DNA of 53,806 nt from an uncultured archaeon (GCA_964525635.1 CAZGJX010000011.1:1-53806); one strand, 5' to 3'. Positions 19,903 to 31,010 are shown, numbered from the stretch's first letter. A program made the numbers and translations. The notes: generated by a model not told the origin, from the sequence alone.

Positions 19903-21906
19903 TTATATAAATTTAAATCCATTATTATTTGCTCTAATTATGATTTCTTTTTTCATATTTAGATCTTGAATATTATATAATGTGAAAATGTCATTGTCTA
20001 ATTGATTATAATAACTTTGTATCTTTTCAATTAAGGTCTCTTTAATTGATTCCTCATCTTTATTGATAGATTTATACTTTATTATGAATTGGATAATAAA
20101 TTTAATATTAAAAATAATACGTTTATATATTTCATCATTAATGTCAATAATAGGGAGGGGTAGAGATTTTATATTTGATTGAGTGAAATATGGTAATATT
20201 TCCTTATCAGGATCTCCAAATTCTTTTATGTAAAAATAATGGATTAATCTTGATGCAAGAATTCCAAGAAAATAATAAATTGATATGTTTTTAATATGAT
20301 CTCTTTTCTTAAAAATATAAATTTGTTGATTTGTTATGAGAAATCCACTATGGACCATTACTTGAAGATTATAATCACTTGAGACTTTTCTTATTAATAA
20401 TTTATCACCATGATATAAATCATTTTTACCCCACTTGATTTCTTTTAAATTTTTAAATCTATTATTTATATTTGCCTTTTTGATTTTATCTCCATAATAT
20501 TTGAACGCTCGAGGTTTTCTATTGAAAAATAATTTATATAAATCTTGACCAATATATCCAGGAGCATTATAATCTTCGACAGGAAAATCTTTTTCAGAGA
20601 TCAATTTAATTGATTTATATTGGGATTCTTCATTTTTTTTAAAAATATAATTACAACTTTCAGCTTTGCATCGTTTTACTTTTATCCTACTTGAATGTCC
20701 TCGACCAAATGGAGGATTTAATAAATTACATTTAGGGCAAACAATATAATTACCTTCTTTATTTGTATCAATCCCTCTTCCATTATAAAAATAGTATTTT
20801 AAGGGTTTAAAATTGTTATTTTTGATTATTTTTTTTATCTTAATATCAAAAGTATCTGAAAAAATATCAAAATTATAATTTGTATTTTTAAGGAAGTCTT
20901 CTTGATTTCTTAAGTATGAATTTTTTTTTACGATTTTATTAAGAGTTAATGATTTAAAAGCAAGATTTTTTTTATCTTTTTCATTTAATCCTACGGAAAT
21001 AAGAGTTTTATTATTTTTAGAGTTTTCATAATTTATCTTCACTTTTTTTAGAATAATTAATAATGCAGGTTTTTGAACAGCTTGAAAAATATTAAAACCC
21101 ATATTGATTATTTCTAAGATTTTGAATTTTAATAGATATTCTCTGAGATTTTTATTTAATTCTAATAAACATAGTTCATTTGGAACAATAAATCCAATAA
21201 TACCATCATTTTTTATTAGATTTCGTATGCTATTGTAAAGAAATATAGAAAACGAATCAAATTGACCTTTTGAAATATCTTTATATTCTTTTTTAATGTA
21301 TTCCTTATATTTATTAATATTGGCACCCCAAGGAGGATTTCCAATTATTATGTCAAAACCTCCTTGCCTAAAAACATCTTTAAAATTTTCCTTCCAATCA
21401 AAAGAAAAAGTATCCACATTATAATCATTAACAATACTATTACCGACTTTAAAAACCTGGTCTAAATCATTTTCTTGAATTATTTTTGTGTTAACTTGCT
21501 TTAAGAATAATTTCTTTATGTAATCTATATTTTCTTTATTAATATCAACTCCATATAGATTATTTTTAATGATTTTACTTCTTAAATTAACCTTAGAATT
21601 CTGATTTTGAAGATTAGCGATTTTATTATGAAGTTTAACTAATTTATCAAACATCTTTGAGAGAAAAGCACCATTTCCACAAGAAGGATCAAGGATTTTT
21701 AAATTTTTTAACTTCTGAGATAATTCATATAAATCATTATTATATTCAATGAGAAGATTTTTTATTGAATTCGTTTCCTTATTTTTCCTTAGAGAGTAAA
21801 TTAGAGATTTATTACAAATATACTCTGTAATAAAAGAAGGTGTAAAATAACATCCCTCATCTTTTTTCTTGATATTTATCAGAGTATAATTATTATTCAT
21901 TTTCAA
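19903..21906 (-). CDS. N6-adenine DNA methyltransferase, gamma class (TaqI/Eco57I-like), orphan
   Basis: YFTP motif X, ILDPSCGNGAFL motif I, IIGNPPW motif IV, TaqI_C-like TRD (KLLIRK...YFLGILASRL...IKSLPLP). Confidence 0.9.
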   Translation of the reverse strand: MKMNNNYTLINIKKKDEGCYFTPSFITEYICNKSLIYSLRKNKETNSIKNLLIEYNNDLYELSQKLKNLKILDPSCGNGAFLSKMFDKLVKLHNKIANLQNQNSKVNLRSKIIKNNLYGVDINKENIDYIKKLFLKQVNTKIIQENDLDQVFKVGNSIVNDYNVDTFSFDWKENFKDVFRQGGFDIIIGNPPWGANINKYKEYIKKEYKDISKGQFDSFSIFLYNSIRNLIKNDGIIGFIVPNELCLLELNKNLREYLLKFKILEIINMGFNIFQAVQKPALLIILKKVKINYENSKNNKTLISVGLNEKDKKNLAFKSLTLNKIVKKNSYLRNQEDFLKNTNYNFDIFSDTFDIKIKKIIKNNNFKPLKYYFYNGRGIDTNKEGNYIVCPKCNLLNPPFGRGHSSRIKVKRCKAESCNYIFKKNEESQYKSIKLISEKDFPVEDYNAPGYIGQDLYKLFFNRKPRAFKYYGDKIKKANINNRFKNLKEIKWGKNDLYHGDKLLIRKVSSDYNLQVMVHSGFLITNQQIYIFKKRDHIKNISIYYFLGILASRLIHYFYIKEFGDPDKEILPYFTQSNIKSLPLPIIDINDEIYKRIIFNIKFIIQFIIKYKSINKDEESIKETLIEKIQSYYNQLDNDIFTLYNIQDLNMKKEIIIRANNNGFKFI

Positions 21907-22002
21907 AAATAACTGTAGTTGTTATCCTAATATATTGATATTTTTAATTAAATTAAAATTGTATAGATATTCTTTTATTAACCTAATAATCTTTTGTTAG
22001 AT

Positions 22003-23190
22003 TTAAATTGAAGTTAGAATGAAGTAGGACCCAAATAGGAATGTTAATGATATTAAAGTTGGAATAATTAATAATTTTAAAGATGATTGAAATTTAGCTT
22101 TAAAATAATCATTACTATAAGCAACACATGGATGAATAGGTGTAATTAAATATCCTATAAAAACAGCAGAATATATATAAATACAATCAATTAAAGGCAT
22201 GATACTAATATTATTTTGAACTAAATAAACAGGAATTAAAATAGAAAGAGGAACTTGAAATTCACCTGTTGCAAAACCTAGTAGAACACTTAAGAGAAGA
22301 AATATCAAAAAAGGTAAGTTTAGATTGCTTATGTCCTCTTTAATACCTGAGTTATTAAAAATCTCTAAAAATAAGAAAATAGAGAAAATAAGAAGAGGAA
22401 AACGCCATAATTTCATCTTTTTAGATATTTTCTTTATTTTTACAATTGGTACATTACCAATTTTTAACGTAACAAAAATACTAATCAACAAACCAATAAC
22501 TAAAAAAAGATTTGGAAATATGTTTTTAAAACAATTTCTCCCTATAATATCTATAATAGGAGCTATAATTAATGGAATTATAAAGAAAAGGACTTTTTTC
22601 ATATTTCTTTCATGTTTTTCATTAGGCTCATCAATTGAGTGGATGAATGTGTAATAACCAATAATGAATAACACGAAAAAAGGTATTAACATTGAGAATA
22701 TAATAATATAGATATTTATTTTTGATAATTCGCTCAATAATAATAATGCTGGTGATAATGGATAAATTAAAATAACAATATGACGAAACCAAACATTTAT
22801 TGCTACTTTTTTATCAGGATTTAACTTAGGGGCAATTTTATTAACAATTGGGGCAGACATTAATGCCCCACCAGCAACAGGAAATAATCCAAAAAGGCCA
22901 GGAGTTAGCATCAAGGATTTTTTATTAGATAAATCCATATTATCTAAAATTCCAGTCATCATTCCAGAATCATCAATTAAACCTCCTAAAATAGGTATTA
23001 AAGCAATAGCAAAAGCAAGAAGAATCATAGAAGGATCAAGTAATACAGTATGGAGTGAATCTATGATATCAATTTCACATAATAAACCAAAAAGAATACT
23101 TGATATAAATAGAACTATGCTTAATTCATATCTAGAAAATACTAAAATGATTGCAATTATAATAAGAAAGCTTAACCAAGGTGCTATCAC
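22003..23190 (-). CDS. DUF401-family membrane protein (IT-superfamily transporter-like)
   Basis: GLFPVAGGALMSAP, NVWFRH, GYLITPIHPC motifs; many TM segments. Confidence 0.82.
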   Translation of the reverse strand: MIAPWLSFLIIIAIILVFSRYELSIVLFISSILFGLLCEIDIIDSLHTVLLDPSMILLAFAIALIPILGGLIDDSGMMTGILDNMDLSNKKSLMLTPGLFGLFPVAGGALMSAPIVNKIAPKLNPDKKVAINVWFRHIVILIYPLSPALLLLSELSKINIYIIIFSMLIPFFVLFIIGYYTFIHSIDEPNEKHERNMKKVLFFIIPLIIAPIIDIIGRNCFKNIFPNLFLVIGLLISIFVTLKIGNVPIVKIKKISKKMKLWRFPLLIFSIFLFLEIFNNSGIKEDISNLNLPFLIFLLLSVLLGFATGEFQVPLSILIPVYLVQNNISIMPLIDCIYIYSAVFIGYLITPIHPCVAYSNDYFKAKFQSSLKLLIIPTLISLTFLFGSYFILTSI

Positions 23191-23269
23191 AAATTAAATA
23201 ATATAATTTTACTTAAAAATTACTTTAATAAATTTTAAAAAATATTTATTTTAATAAATATAAGATATA

Positions 23270-24997
23270 CTATTTTATTTCAGGAAATAATAAGATAAAA
23301 TTAGAACCTTTGGTATAATCATCAGGAACTCTGTTTTCTACCCATATTTTTGCTTTATATTTATCTAAAATATTAAGTACAATCGACAATCCTAAACCTA
23401 ATCCACTAACACTTTTATTATTTCTAGTACCCCTTAAGAAGATATGTTCTTTCATAGCATCGGGTATCCCTCGCCCATTATCTATAATCTCCATTTTGAA
23501 ATAATCAGTTCCATTTTTATTTGTTTTTGATAAAATTATTAAGATTTCGATCTCTTTATTAATATTATGTTTAACAGCATTCATAAGAATGTTGGTAAAG
23601 ACATCGAATAGAAATTCGTCAGCTAAAATAACAAAATCATTATTATCACTTTTAATTTCGGTATTAATTTTCTTTTCATTGAAATCTTCTTTAATTGTTC
23701 TAATAACGCTATTTAATACTTCTATAATATTAATGACCTCTAATTTTTTATCTGATTCTTCGATTTCAGAAAATTTCTGAACTGTATTAATAAGTTTAAC
23801 ACCTCGATTAATTTGTTCTTTTAGGCTCTTCTGAAATTCTCGAATTGTATTATTTTTTTCAGAATCCTTCATTTCTAAATTAAAAATATCTATAGATGTT
23901 ACTAATGCATGCAAAATATTATTCATATTATGAGTAAAGAGGTCTTTATAGAGGTTAATTCTTGTATATGCTTTTCTATAGTTTTCTTTTGAATTTTTTA
24001 TTTTTTTTTCAGCTATTTTTCTATCTGTTATATCTGCTGTAAGTATATATCGAATTGTCATATTATTATCTTTAATTAATTTAGCATAATGATTATGAAT
24101 ACAACGTTTTTCTCCTTCATTAGTCTGAATCCAAATGTCTATTTTATTCAATGTACTCTCTTTTTTTTTTATAGCTTCTAAAAATTTAGTCAATCTTTCT
24201 TTTTCTTCTGGTAGTGCAATATCTAATATAGTTAAATTCATCAATTCTTTTTTAGAATAGCCAAGAATTTCTGTAACTCTATCATTGAGATATATGATTT
24301 CATTATTTTGAATAATAGTTAATCCAGCATCAATATTTTCAGCTATGCTTCTAAAGAAACTTTCGCTTTCTCTTAATTTTTTCTCTGATTCTCCTAATTT
24401 TTGATCTATTATACTTGCAAAGGATGTTGCAATTAAAAAAGTGATAAAAACGAAAGAACTACTATATTGAAATTCCAAGGATCCCATCATATTAAAATCT
24501 TGAGCGATCATTGAGAAAACTGCGGATGTTCCAACAATCATTGAAAAAAATAGAAATATATGAATTAAAGTCTGTTTTTTACGATATATTTTAAATAACA
24601 TTATCATACTGATAATCATAAAAAGAAAAATAATTATTTTAATTCCAAATATTATAGGACTAAAATATATTATAATAGGAAATAACCTTTTCAATTTTTT
24701 TATTTCAAATACTTTTTTTATAAAAAGAAGATTATATTCATAGAATATAGGTATTAATATTGAAATTACACTTGCTAGATAAAGGATATGTGTAATAACT
24801 CGAGGGAGATTAGCAGGATACCATAAAGCATTATAAAATAAACCTATTGTAAATAAGAAATATGCGGGAACCCAACGGAGTAGTTCTCTGCGTTTAATTG
24901 CTGAATATAACATAATAATAGAAGCTATAAGCATAAAAATTCCTTGATGATAGCTTAATAAAAACATATCAGGATTATCTAATTCCATTTTATTCAT
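23270..24997 (-). CDS. Membrane PAS-domain sensor histidine kinase
   Basis: 6-7 TM segments, PAS/PAC (DITDRK), H-box FTHNMNN, N-box NILMNAVKH, DNGRGI, GLGLGL. Confidence 0.92.
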   Translation of the reverse strand: MNKMELDNPDMFLLSYHQGIFMLIASIIMLYSAIKRRELLRWVPAYFLFTIGLFYNALWYPANLPRVITHILYLASVISILIPIFYEYNLLFIKKVFEIKKLKRLFPIIIYFSPIIFGIKIIIFLFMIISMIMLFKIYRKKQTLIHIFLFFSMIVGTSAVFSMIAQDFNMMGSLEFQYSSSFVFITFLIATSFASIIDQKLGESEKKLRESESFFRSIAENIDAGLTIIQNNEIIYLNDRVTEILGYSKKELMNLTILDIALPEEKERLTKFLEAIKKKESTLNKIDIWIQTNEGEKRCIHNHYAKLIKDNNMTIRYILTADITDRKIAEKKIKNSKENYRKAYTRINLYKDLFTHNMNNILHALVTSIDIFNLEMKDSEKNNTIREFQKSLKEQINRGVKLINTVQKFSEIEESDKKLEVINIIEVLNSVIRTIKEDFNEKKINTEIKSDNNDFVILADEFLFDVFTNILMNAVKHNINKEIEILIILSKTNKNGTDYFKMEIIDNGRGIPDAMKEHIFLRGTRNNKSVSGLGLGLSIVLNILDKYKAKIWVENRVPDDYTKGSNFILLFPEIK

Positions 24998-25525
24998 TAA
25001 ATAATTTTTTAAAATAATATCTATTTAACTATATTCTTAATGAATAAATATCCTAACTCTTTTTAAAATTATTTAATTTTCAATCATTCAATTAAACATC
25101 CTTTTTCTGATATTCATAACAATGACGTAAGTGATATATGAATTTAAAATCAATTTAGATATATTATGAATTTGATTAATTATGAATTATCTAAAATACT
25201 TAAAAACATAACACAAGGAGTGAAGGAATCTAATTTAGATAATTGAGTTAAAAAAAATTATTCAGGGAAAGATTTAACATAATTACAATTATTTTCTAAG
25301 GAATCCGACAAAAATGGCGTCCAGATTTTCCAAAAAGGTTAAAAACATGGATATCTTAACCTAATTTAAATTATTAAGTTATTATTAATATAATTTTAAT
25401 TATTATACAAGAAGTATTATTAATAAGAGTGTTGGATTTTCACACATTCGACTTTTAATACCATAAACCGCTAGCAAAAAAATAAAGGTAAGATTTACCA
25501 AAAATATAATGAGGAAATATATTTT

Positions 25526-27631
25526 ATGAGAATAAGATTAACTGAATTCAGAATCCGTAATTTTCGTTGTATTGATGATAGTGGGTGGATTAGAGCAGGA
25601 GATATTACAGCTCTTGTAGGAGTTAACGAGGCAGGAAAAACAGCTCTTTTAAATGGTCTACATACATTAAATCCTGGAAGTGGAGAAATAGAGTTTGAAA
25701 AGATAAAAGATTTTCCAAGAGACAGAGTTACTAATGAATATAATGAGAATTGTCCTATTGCAGAAGGGCAATTTATAATTCCAATCGATTATTTAAAGGA
25801 AAACAAATTAATTGAGCGTTTCAATCTTCCGATAGATAAGAATCTATTACTCATTTTAGAAAGAAGATATAATAAAGTTCTTTATTACGGATTTGAACCT
25901 AAACTTGAAAATATGAATTTCATCCAAGATCTTTTGGAAGCATTAAATAATTCAAGAAGGGTAATTAATAGAAAGCAAACGCTTAAAGATAAATCTAGCG
26001 AGGGAAATGTTTTTAGTAAAGAGATACAAAATTCTATATTAATTAATATTGATGCTCTCAGAAAGCAAGTTGAAGATATGGATAGTCCTACTACAAATCT
26101 TTCAATTCCAAGTGAACGTGAAAAATTCTCAGAACTTTTAGATACACATGTTAGAGATATAGCTAAATATCTAAATTCTGCAGAAGAAGAATTAAATCCT
26201 CTTCTAAATATTCTTGAAGATATTTCAGATAAGATGCGAGAAAAGAGTAAATCACACCAATTATATGATGAAATTAAAGATGATATCCCTATTTTTATCT
26301 ATTTTGAGGATTATTATATTTTAAATGGAAGCGTTGTAATTCCAGATTTAATAAAAGCACTTAAAGGAGATCTTAGATACAGAGAATTCAGGATTCAGAA
26401 TACATTATTTAAACATGTAGGATTAGATCCAAAAGAAATTTATGATTTAGGAGTTCATGGAGTTTTTGATGGGATCACCAAGGAGAAACAAGCAGATCTA
26501 AAAAAGAGAAAAATCATGTTAGATTCTGCTTCAAAAAAAATGACAGATACACTAAATAAATTCTTTCAAGAAAGGAGTTATGAAGTAGAATATAATGTTG
26601 ATGGACAATTCTTAGAAGTTCTTATTGCTGACGATGATAGACGCTTAAAAATTAATTTAGAAGAAAGAAGTAAGGGATTTAGATGGTATTTTTCATTTTT
26701 CTTAACATTCTTAGTAGAATCTCTAAATACTCATAAAAACGCAGTATTACTTCTTGATGAACCAGGAATCCATCTTCATTTACAAGCTCAATTTAATTTA
26801 ATAGAGTTCTTTAAACAATTAAAAGAATCTAATCAAATTATATATACAACTCATTCACCATTCTTAATTGATGAGGATAATTTAGACCAGGTAAGATCTG
26901 TGTATGAAAATGGGGAGGGAAAAACAAAAGTAACTGAAGATAACATTATACCAAAACAAAAATCTGTTTTTCCTCTTCAAGCCACATTAAGTTATAAGAC
27001 AAGTCAAAAAATATATAAGGAACAAAAACAAATACTTGTAGAAAATGAATCTGATTATAACTTTATTAAAACTATTAATCTATTGCTCGAAAAACTAAAT
27101 AGAGAAACTCTCAATAGAGATATAATGATTATTCCATGTAAAGGAGCATCTAAAATTGAGTATTTTGCGAGATTATTTATTGATTTAAAGAATTTCCCAA
27201 TTATACTATTACATTCTGATGAAGAAGGACAAAAGGCGTATAATAGATTAACTTCAACATTATTTGCTGAAAAGAAAGAAAATTTAATTCTTTTAGGAGA
27301 TTTATTTAATCATAAGCAACAATATGAAATTGAGGATTTATTTAAAAGAGAAACTCTTGTAAAATGTATGAACGACGTTGAATTAACTTCACCTTTAATT
27401 TCTATATCTAAAATTAATGATAATAACCATACATTCAGTAGTTCTTTAAAATATTATTGTAACCAAAATCAGATAAAATTACCTAATGATTGGCGTTATC
27501 AACTTTCTGTTAATCTAAAAACGGAAATTAATAAAAAGGATGCAAATGAAATCATAAAATATATTTCCTCCGAGATAATTGATAATCTTGAGAAATTAGT
27601 AAAGGAAATTAATCTTAGAGCAGGTAATTAG
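25526..27631 (+). CDS. OLD-family-like ABC ATPase with C-terminal TOPRIM-like domain
   Basis: IRNFRCI, Walker A GVNEAGKT, RSKG signature, LLLDEPGIHLH, YTTHSPF, ILVENESD, YEIEDLF. Confidence 0.85.
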   Translation: MRIRLTEFRIRNFRCIDDSGWIRAGDITALVGVNEAGKTALLNGLHTLNPGSGEIEFEKIKDFPRDRVTNEYNENCPIAEGQFIIPIDYLKENKLIERFNLPIDKNLLLILERRYNKVLYYGFEPKLENMNFIQDLLEALNNSRRVINRKQTLKDKSSEGNVFSKEIQNSILINIDALRKQVEDMDSPTTNLSIPSEREKFSELLDTHVRDIAKYLNSAEEELNPLLNILEDISDKMREKSKSHQLYDEIKDDIPIFIYFEDYYILNGSVVIPDLIKALKGDLRYREFRIQNTLFKHVGLDPKEIYDLGVHGVFDGITKEKQADLKKRKIMLDSASKKMTDTLNKFFQERSYEVEYNVDGQFLEVLIADDDRRLKINLEERSKGFRWYFSFFLTFLVESLNTHKNAVLLLDEPGIHLHLQAQFNLIEFFKQLKESNQIIYTTHSPFLIDEDNLDQVRSVYENGEGKTKVTEDNIIPKQKSVFPLQATLSYKTSQKIYKEQKQILVENESDYNFIKTINLLLEKLNRETLNRDIMIIPCKGASKIEYFARLFIDLKNFPIILLHSDEEGQKAYNRLTSTLFAEKKENLILLGDLFNHKQQYEIEDLFKRETLVKCMNDVELTSPLISISKINDNNHTFSSSLKYYCNQNQIKLPNDWRYQLSVNLKTEINKKDANEIIKYISSEIIDNLEKLVKEINLRAGN

Positions 27632-27745
27632 GTTTTTAGATTTCTACTAAATTTCTTATTTTTTTTTTATTAGGTATTTTTTATTATCAATTAACTAAGA
27701 GAAAAACCAAAAAAAGAAAACTTACCTTATTTTAACAATTTATCA

Positions 27746-28525
27746 TTATTTGTAAATTTCATTTAAAATATCCCTTTTTATGGAATTAAATTCAATACTA
27801 GTTCTGTCTCTTGGTCGTTTTAATTTGACTGATACTATTTTTTTTATAGAACTTGGTATTTCACTTAATAAAATAATTCGATCTGAGAGATAAACAGCCT
27901 CATCAATGCTATGAGTTATAAAAAGAATAGTTCTCATTGATTTCTGCCAAATATTGATAATATCATCTTGTAATTTATTTCGACTTTGGGCATCCAAAGA
28001 TCTAAGTGGTTCATCTAATAACATTATTTTCTGATCAATAGCTAATGACCTTGCTATAGCAACTTTCTGCTTCATACCTCCTGAGATCTCTTTAGGAAAG
28101 TATTTTCTAAATTTACTTAAACCCATTAAATTTAATAATTCTTTAGCTTTAACTTCACATTGTTGTTTATTTACACCCTGGATTTTTAGTCCAAAAATAA
28201 TGTTCTTAAAAACAGTTTTCCATGGAAATAAAGAAAAATTCTGAGGTACATAACCAATTTTTATTGATGGCTTTTTTATAACTTCATCTTTTAATTTTAT
28301 TTTACCTGATATAGGTTTATCCAAACCTGCAATAATTCTAAGTAAAGTTGTTTTACCACAACCACTTGGCCCAACAATAGTTAGAAATTCTTTATCATAT
28401 ATCTCAAAAGAGAGATTATCTAAGACAAGTAACCTTTTATCATTAGTGTCAAAGCTCTTGAATAAATTTTCAACTTTTAATATGATTTCCTGCAATTTAA
28501 TATCTCCAATTACATTTATTTTCAA
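27746..28525 (-). CDS. NitT/TauT-family ABC transporter ATPase
   Basis: GPSGCGKTT, LFPWKTV, ISGGMKQ, FITHSIDEAVYLSDR. Confidence 0.93.
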   Translation of the reverse strand: MKINVIGDIKLQEIILKVENLFKSFDTNDKRLLVLDNLSFEIYDKEFLTIVGPSGCGKTTLLRIIAGLDKPISGKIKLKDEVIKKPSIKIGYVPQNFSLFPWKTVFKNIIFGLKIQGVNKQQCEVKAKELLNLMGLSKFRKYFPKEISGGMKQKVAIARSLAIDQKIMLLDEPLRSLDAQSRNKLQDDIINIWQKSMRTILFITHSIDEAVYLSDRIILLSEIPSSIKKIVSVKLKRPRDRTSIEFNSIKRDILNEIYK

Positions 28526-29267
28526 TTAGTTTTACTATAGTATTCATGATATAACCAATTAATCCTGTTACTATCATTGCAACAACACAAACATCAAATC
28601 TTCCTATTTGCGCTGATTCATTTATTAAATATCCTAAACCTAGTGGAGGATTAATTCCAAATATTTCAGCAGCAATAACACACATCCATCCAACTCCTAA
28701 TCCTATTCTAATTCCCGCTAAAAGTGATGGAAAAGTTGAGGGGAATACTACGTGAATTAAAATATCGGATTGATTTGCTCCAAGCGTTTTAGCAACATCC
28801 ATATAGATTGAAGATGTATCTTCAACGCCCTTAACAATATTTGTTAAGATTGGAAAAAAGGCACCAATGAAAATGATAAATGATTGAGAAAATAGTCCAA
28901 TTCCAAAAAAAAAAATGGCAAAAGGAATCCAAGCTAATGGTGGAATTGGTCTAAAAAGTTCTACAATAGGAGATATTACTAATTTAGCTCTTTTCGAAAG
29001 ACCTATTAAAAGACCAAGAGGAATTGCGAAGATTAATGCAAAATAGAGTCCTGTAAGGATTCTTAATAAACTTGGATAAATATGTTCATAAATATAACTG
29101 CCATAATAATTCTTATCTATTAACATTTTTATAAATGTTAAACCTGTTTCTATTGGGTCTGGAATAATACTATATGGTAATAATCGTACAATAAGGTACC
29201 AAATGAAAATCACAAATATTATAACCGAAATTGAGATAAATATACGTTTAAATTGATTTATTTTCAA
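28497..29267 (-). CDS. NitT/TauT-family ABC transporter permease
   Basis: RPIPPLAWIP, EAA-like VAKTLGA, GWMCVIAAE, GLGYLI. Confidence 0.93.
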   Translation of the reverse strand: MKINQFKRIFISISVIIFVIFIWYLIVRLLPYSIIPDPIETGLTFIKMLIDKNYYGSYIYEHIYPSLLRILTGLYFALIFAIPLGLLIGLSKRAKLVISPIVELFRPIPPLAWIPFAIFFFGIGLFSQSFIIFIGAFFPILTNIVKGVEDTSSIYMDVAKTLGANQSDILIHVVFPSTFPSLLAGIRIGLGVGWMCVIAAEIFGINPPLGLGYLINESAQIGRFDVCVVAMIVTGLIGYIMNTIVKLIENKCNWRY

Positions 29268-29279
29268 GATAAATTCCCC

Positions 29280-30299
29280 TTAAGTTCCTAAAAAGCTATC
29301 ATCGAAAAAGTTTTGGAAAAAATCATCGCGGTCAGGAACCCAAGGAGGAATGCTAGGATTTAAACCTGTTAAGTCATCATAAAATCTTTCAATTTCAACC
29401 ATATATGTTGGTGATGTAAAATTAAATATATATCCAATATTATCCAATGCTGCTTCTATAATTGAATCCTCAGAAATGGACGTATAATCTTTAGCAATTT
29501 TAATTAATTCATCGTGATTTGAAATATTATTCATCCAATCTAAAGCTTTTTTATGTACATTAACAAATTTTTCAACAATTCCTTTTTTATGTGAAATAAA
29601 ATTTAATGAAGCTGCTATTATACAACAAGGATGATTAGGCCAAATTTCTGAACTATTTATCAAATATCTGCCTCCATATTTTACAGCTTTAGCATTATAA
29701 GGCTCCCATGCAACAAAAGCATCAATTTCTTCATTTAACAAAGCATTTTCCATATATCCTACCGGCATTTCGAGTCTGTTTTCATCTGGTAAAATTATTC
29801 CTGAATTATTTAACCCAATTTGTAAAATAAAATCTTGCATATTATTTTTTGAGGGAACTGCGATTTTTCTTCCATTTAAATCTGAAATGTTATATATTGT
29901 ACTTGTAGATTTTACTACTATAGCACTCCCATTAACATTTACACCACTTACAACTTTTATTGGAGCAACTTGAGTTAATTTATGAGCCATCGCAGGAGCT
30001 AATCCCAAATATGCGAGATCTAAACTTCTGGCTTCAAAAGCAGTCATAACATCATTACCATTCTGAAACCAATAAATATTATCATCCGAAATATCTAATC
30101 CCTCATCCTTATAAAAATTATTTTCTAATGCAACAAACAAGGGTAGATGATGAAGATCTCCTGTAAGAGCACCAATTCGGATTTTAGGTGTTGAATATAA
30201 TTGATATATATAAATACCTAGAAATATTCCTATTGTAGCAAAAGTAATTATACTGATTATTATAACCAATCTTATTTTTGAAGAAACCATAAATTTCAC
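29280..30299 (-). CDS. NitT/TauT (NMT1-like) ABC substrate-binding protein
   Basis: N-terminal TM, DLHHLPLFVA, NVNGSAIVV, WEPY, WPNHPCC. Confidence 0.9.
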   Translation of the reverse strand: MKFMVSSKIRLVIIISIITFATIGIFLGIYIYQLYSTPKIRIGALTGDLHHLPLFVALENNFYKDEGLDISDDNIYWFQNGNDVMTAFEARSLDLAYLGLAPAMAHKLTQVAPIKVVSGVNVNGSAIVVKSTSTIYNISDLNGRKIAVPSKNNMQDFILQIGLNNSGIILPDENRLEMPVGYMENALLNEEIDAFVAWEPYNAKAVKYGGRYLINSSEIWPNHPCCIIAASLNFISHKKGIVEKFVNVHKKALDWMNNISNHDELIKIAKDYTSISEDSIIEAALDNIGYIFNFTSPTYMVEIERFYDDLTGLNPSIPPWVPDRDDFFQNFFDDSFLGT

Positions 30300-30440
30300 T
30301 TCTGTATAATATAAATAAAATATAAATTAATAAATTACATTATATGTTATTATAAATGTCACTATTATTTAGGTTTTATGTAATTAATTATAAAGAAAAT
30401 TACATATATAAATTAAAAAAATAATATAAATTTTATAATA

Positions 30441-31010
30441 ATGTCAAATCTAGATAAAAAAATAAGGAAATCAATCCATGCAACCATCTCTGATGAATCA
30501 TTAGCAGTTATAAATGCATATGAAAAAGAATATGGTTCTAAATCTGCTGTTGTTGATAATGCTTTAAGAATATTAAAAAAATTTAAAGAACCTCACCAGA
30601 GTAGTATAAAAGAGATGTGGTGCCGAGCAAGAGAAGAATTGAATATGGTATTAGTAGGAAAAACAACTTTTTTATCATATCTCAAGGGTAATATTAATGA
30701 AGTTTTTAAAAATAATGTAGCTTTAGAAGTAATTGAGTGGTATTTAGGTAAGAGAAAAGAAGAAATGTCATTAGAAATGTTTATAGATGGTTTAATTGGT
30801 ATGTGGAAAGTAGCTAATTATTTTTATAATATTGAATCTGAAAAAAATAAAAATGGTGCTTTCCAAGTCCGATTTAATCATGATTTAACAAACCAATACA
30901 GTCAATATTGGGCGAATTATTTTAAAACATTGTTGGAGAATAATTGGAATTGTGAAGTTGAGTGCTTTATTCGCAATGAATCCTTTTACTTAATTATAAA
31001 AGAGAGATGA
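30441..31010 (+). CDS. Putative regulator: N-terminal ribbon-helix-helix-like domain plus C-terminal alpha/beta domain
   Basis: SIHATIS beta strand, helix, GSKSAVVDNAL second helix; divergent from the ABC operon. Confidence 0.6.
   Translation: MSNLDKKIRKSIHATISDESLAVINAYEKEYGSKSAVVDNALRILKKFKEPHQSSIKEMWCRAREELNMVLVGKTTFLSYLKGNINEVFKNNVALEVIEWYLGKRKEEMSLEMFIDGLIGMWKVANYFYNIESEKNKNGAFQVRFNHDLTNQYSQYWANYFKTLLENNWNCEVECFIRNESFYLIIKER

Noticed and set aside
25166-25370. Stop-interrupted frame MNLINYELSK... upstream of the OLD-like gene
   Set aside because: Several stops and no recognisable family; cannot be told apart from random sequence
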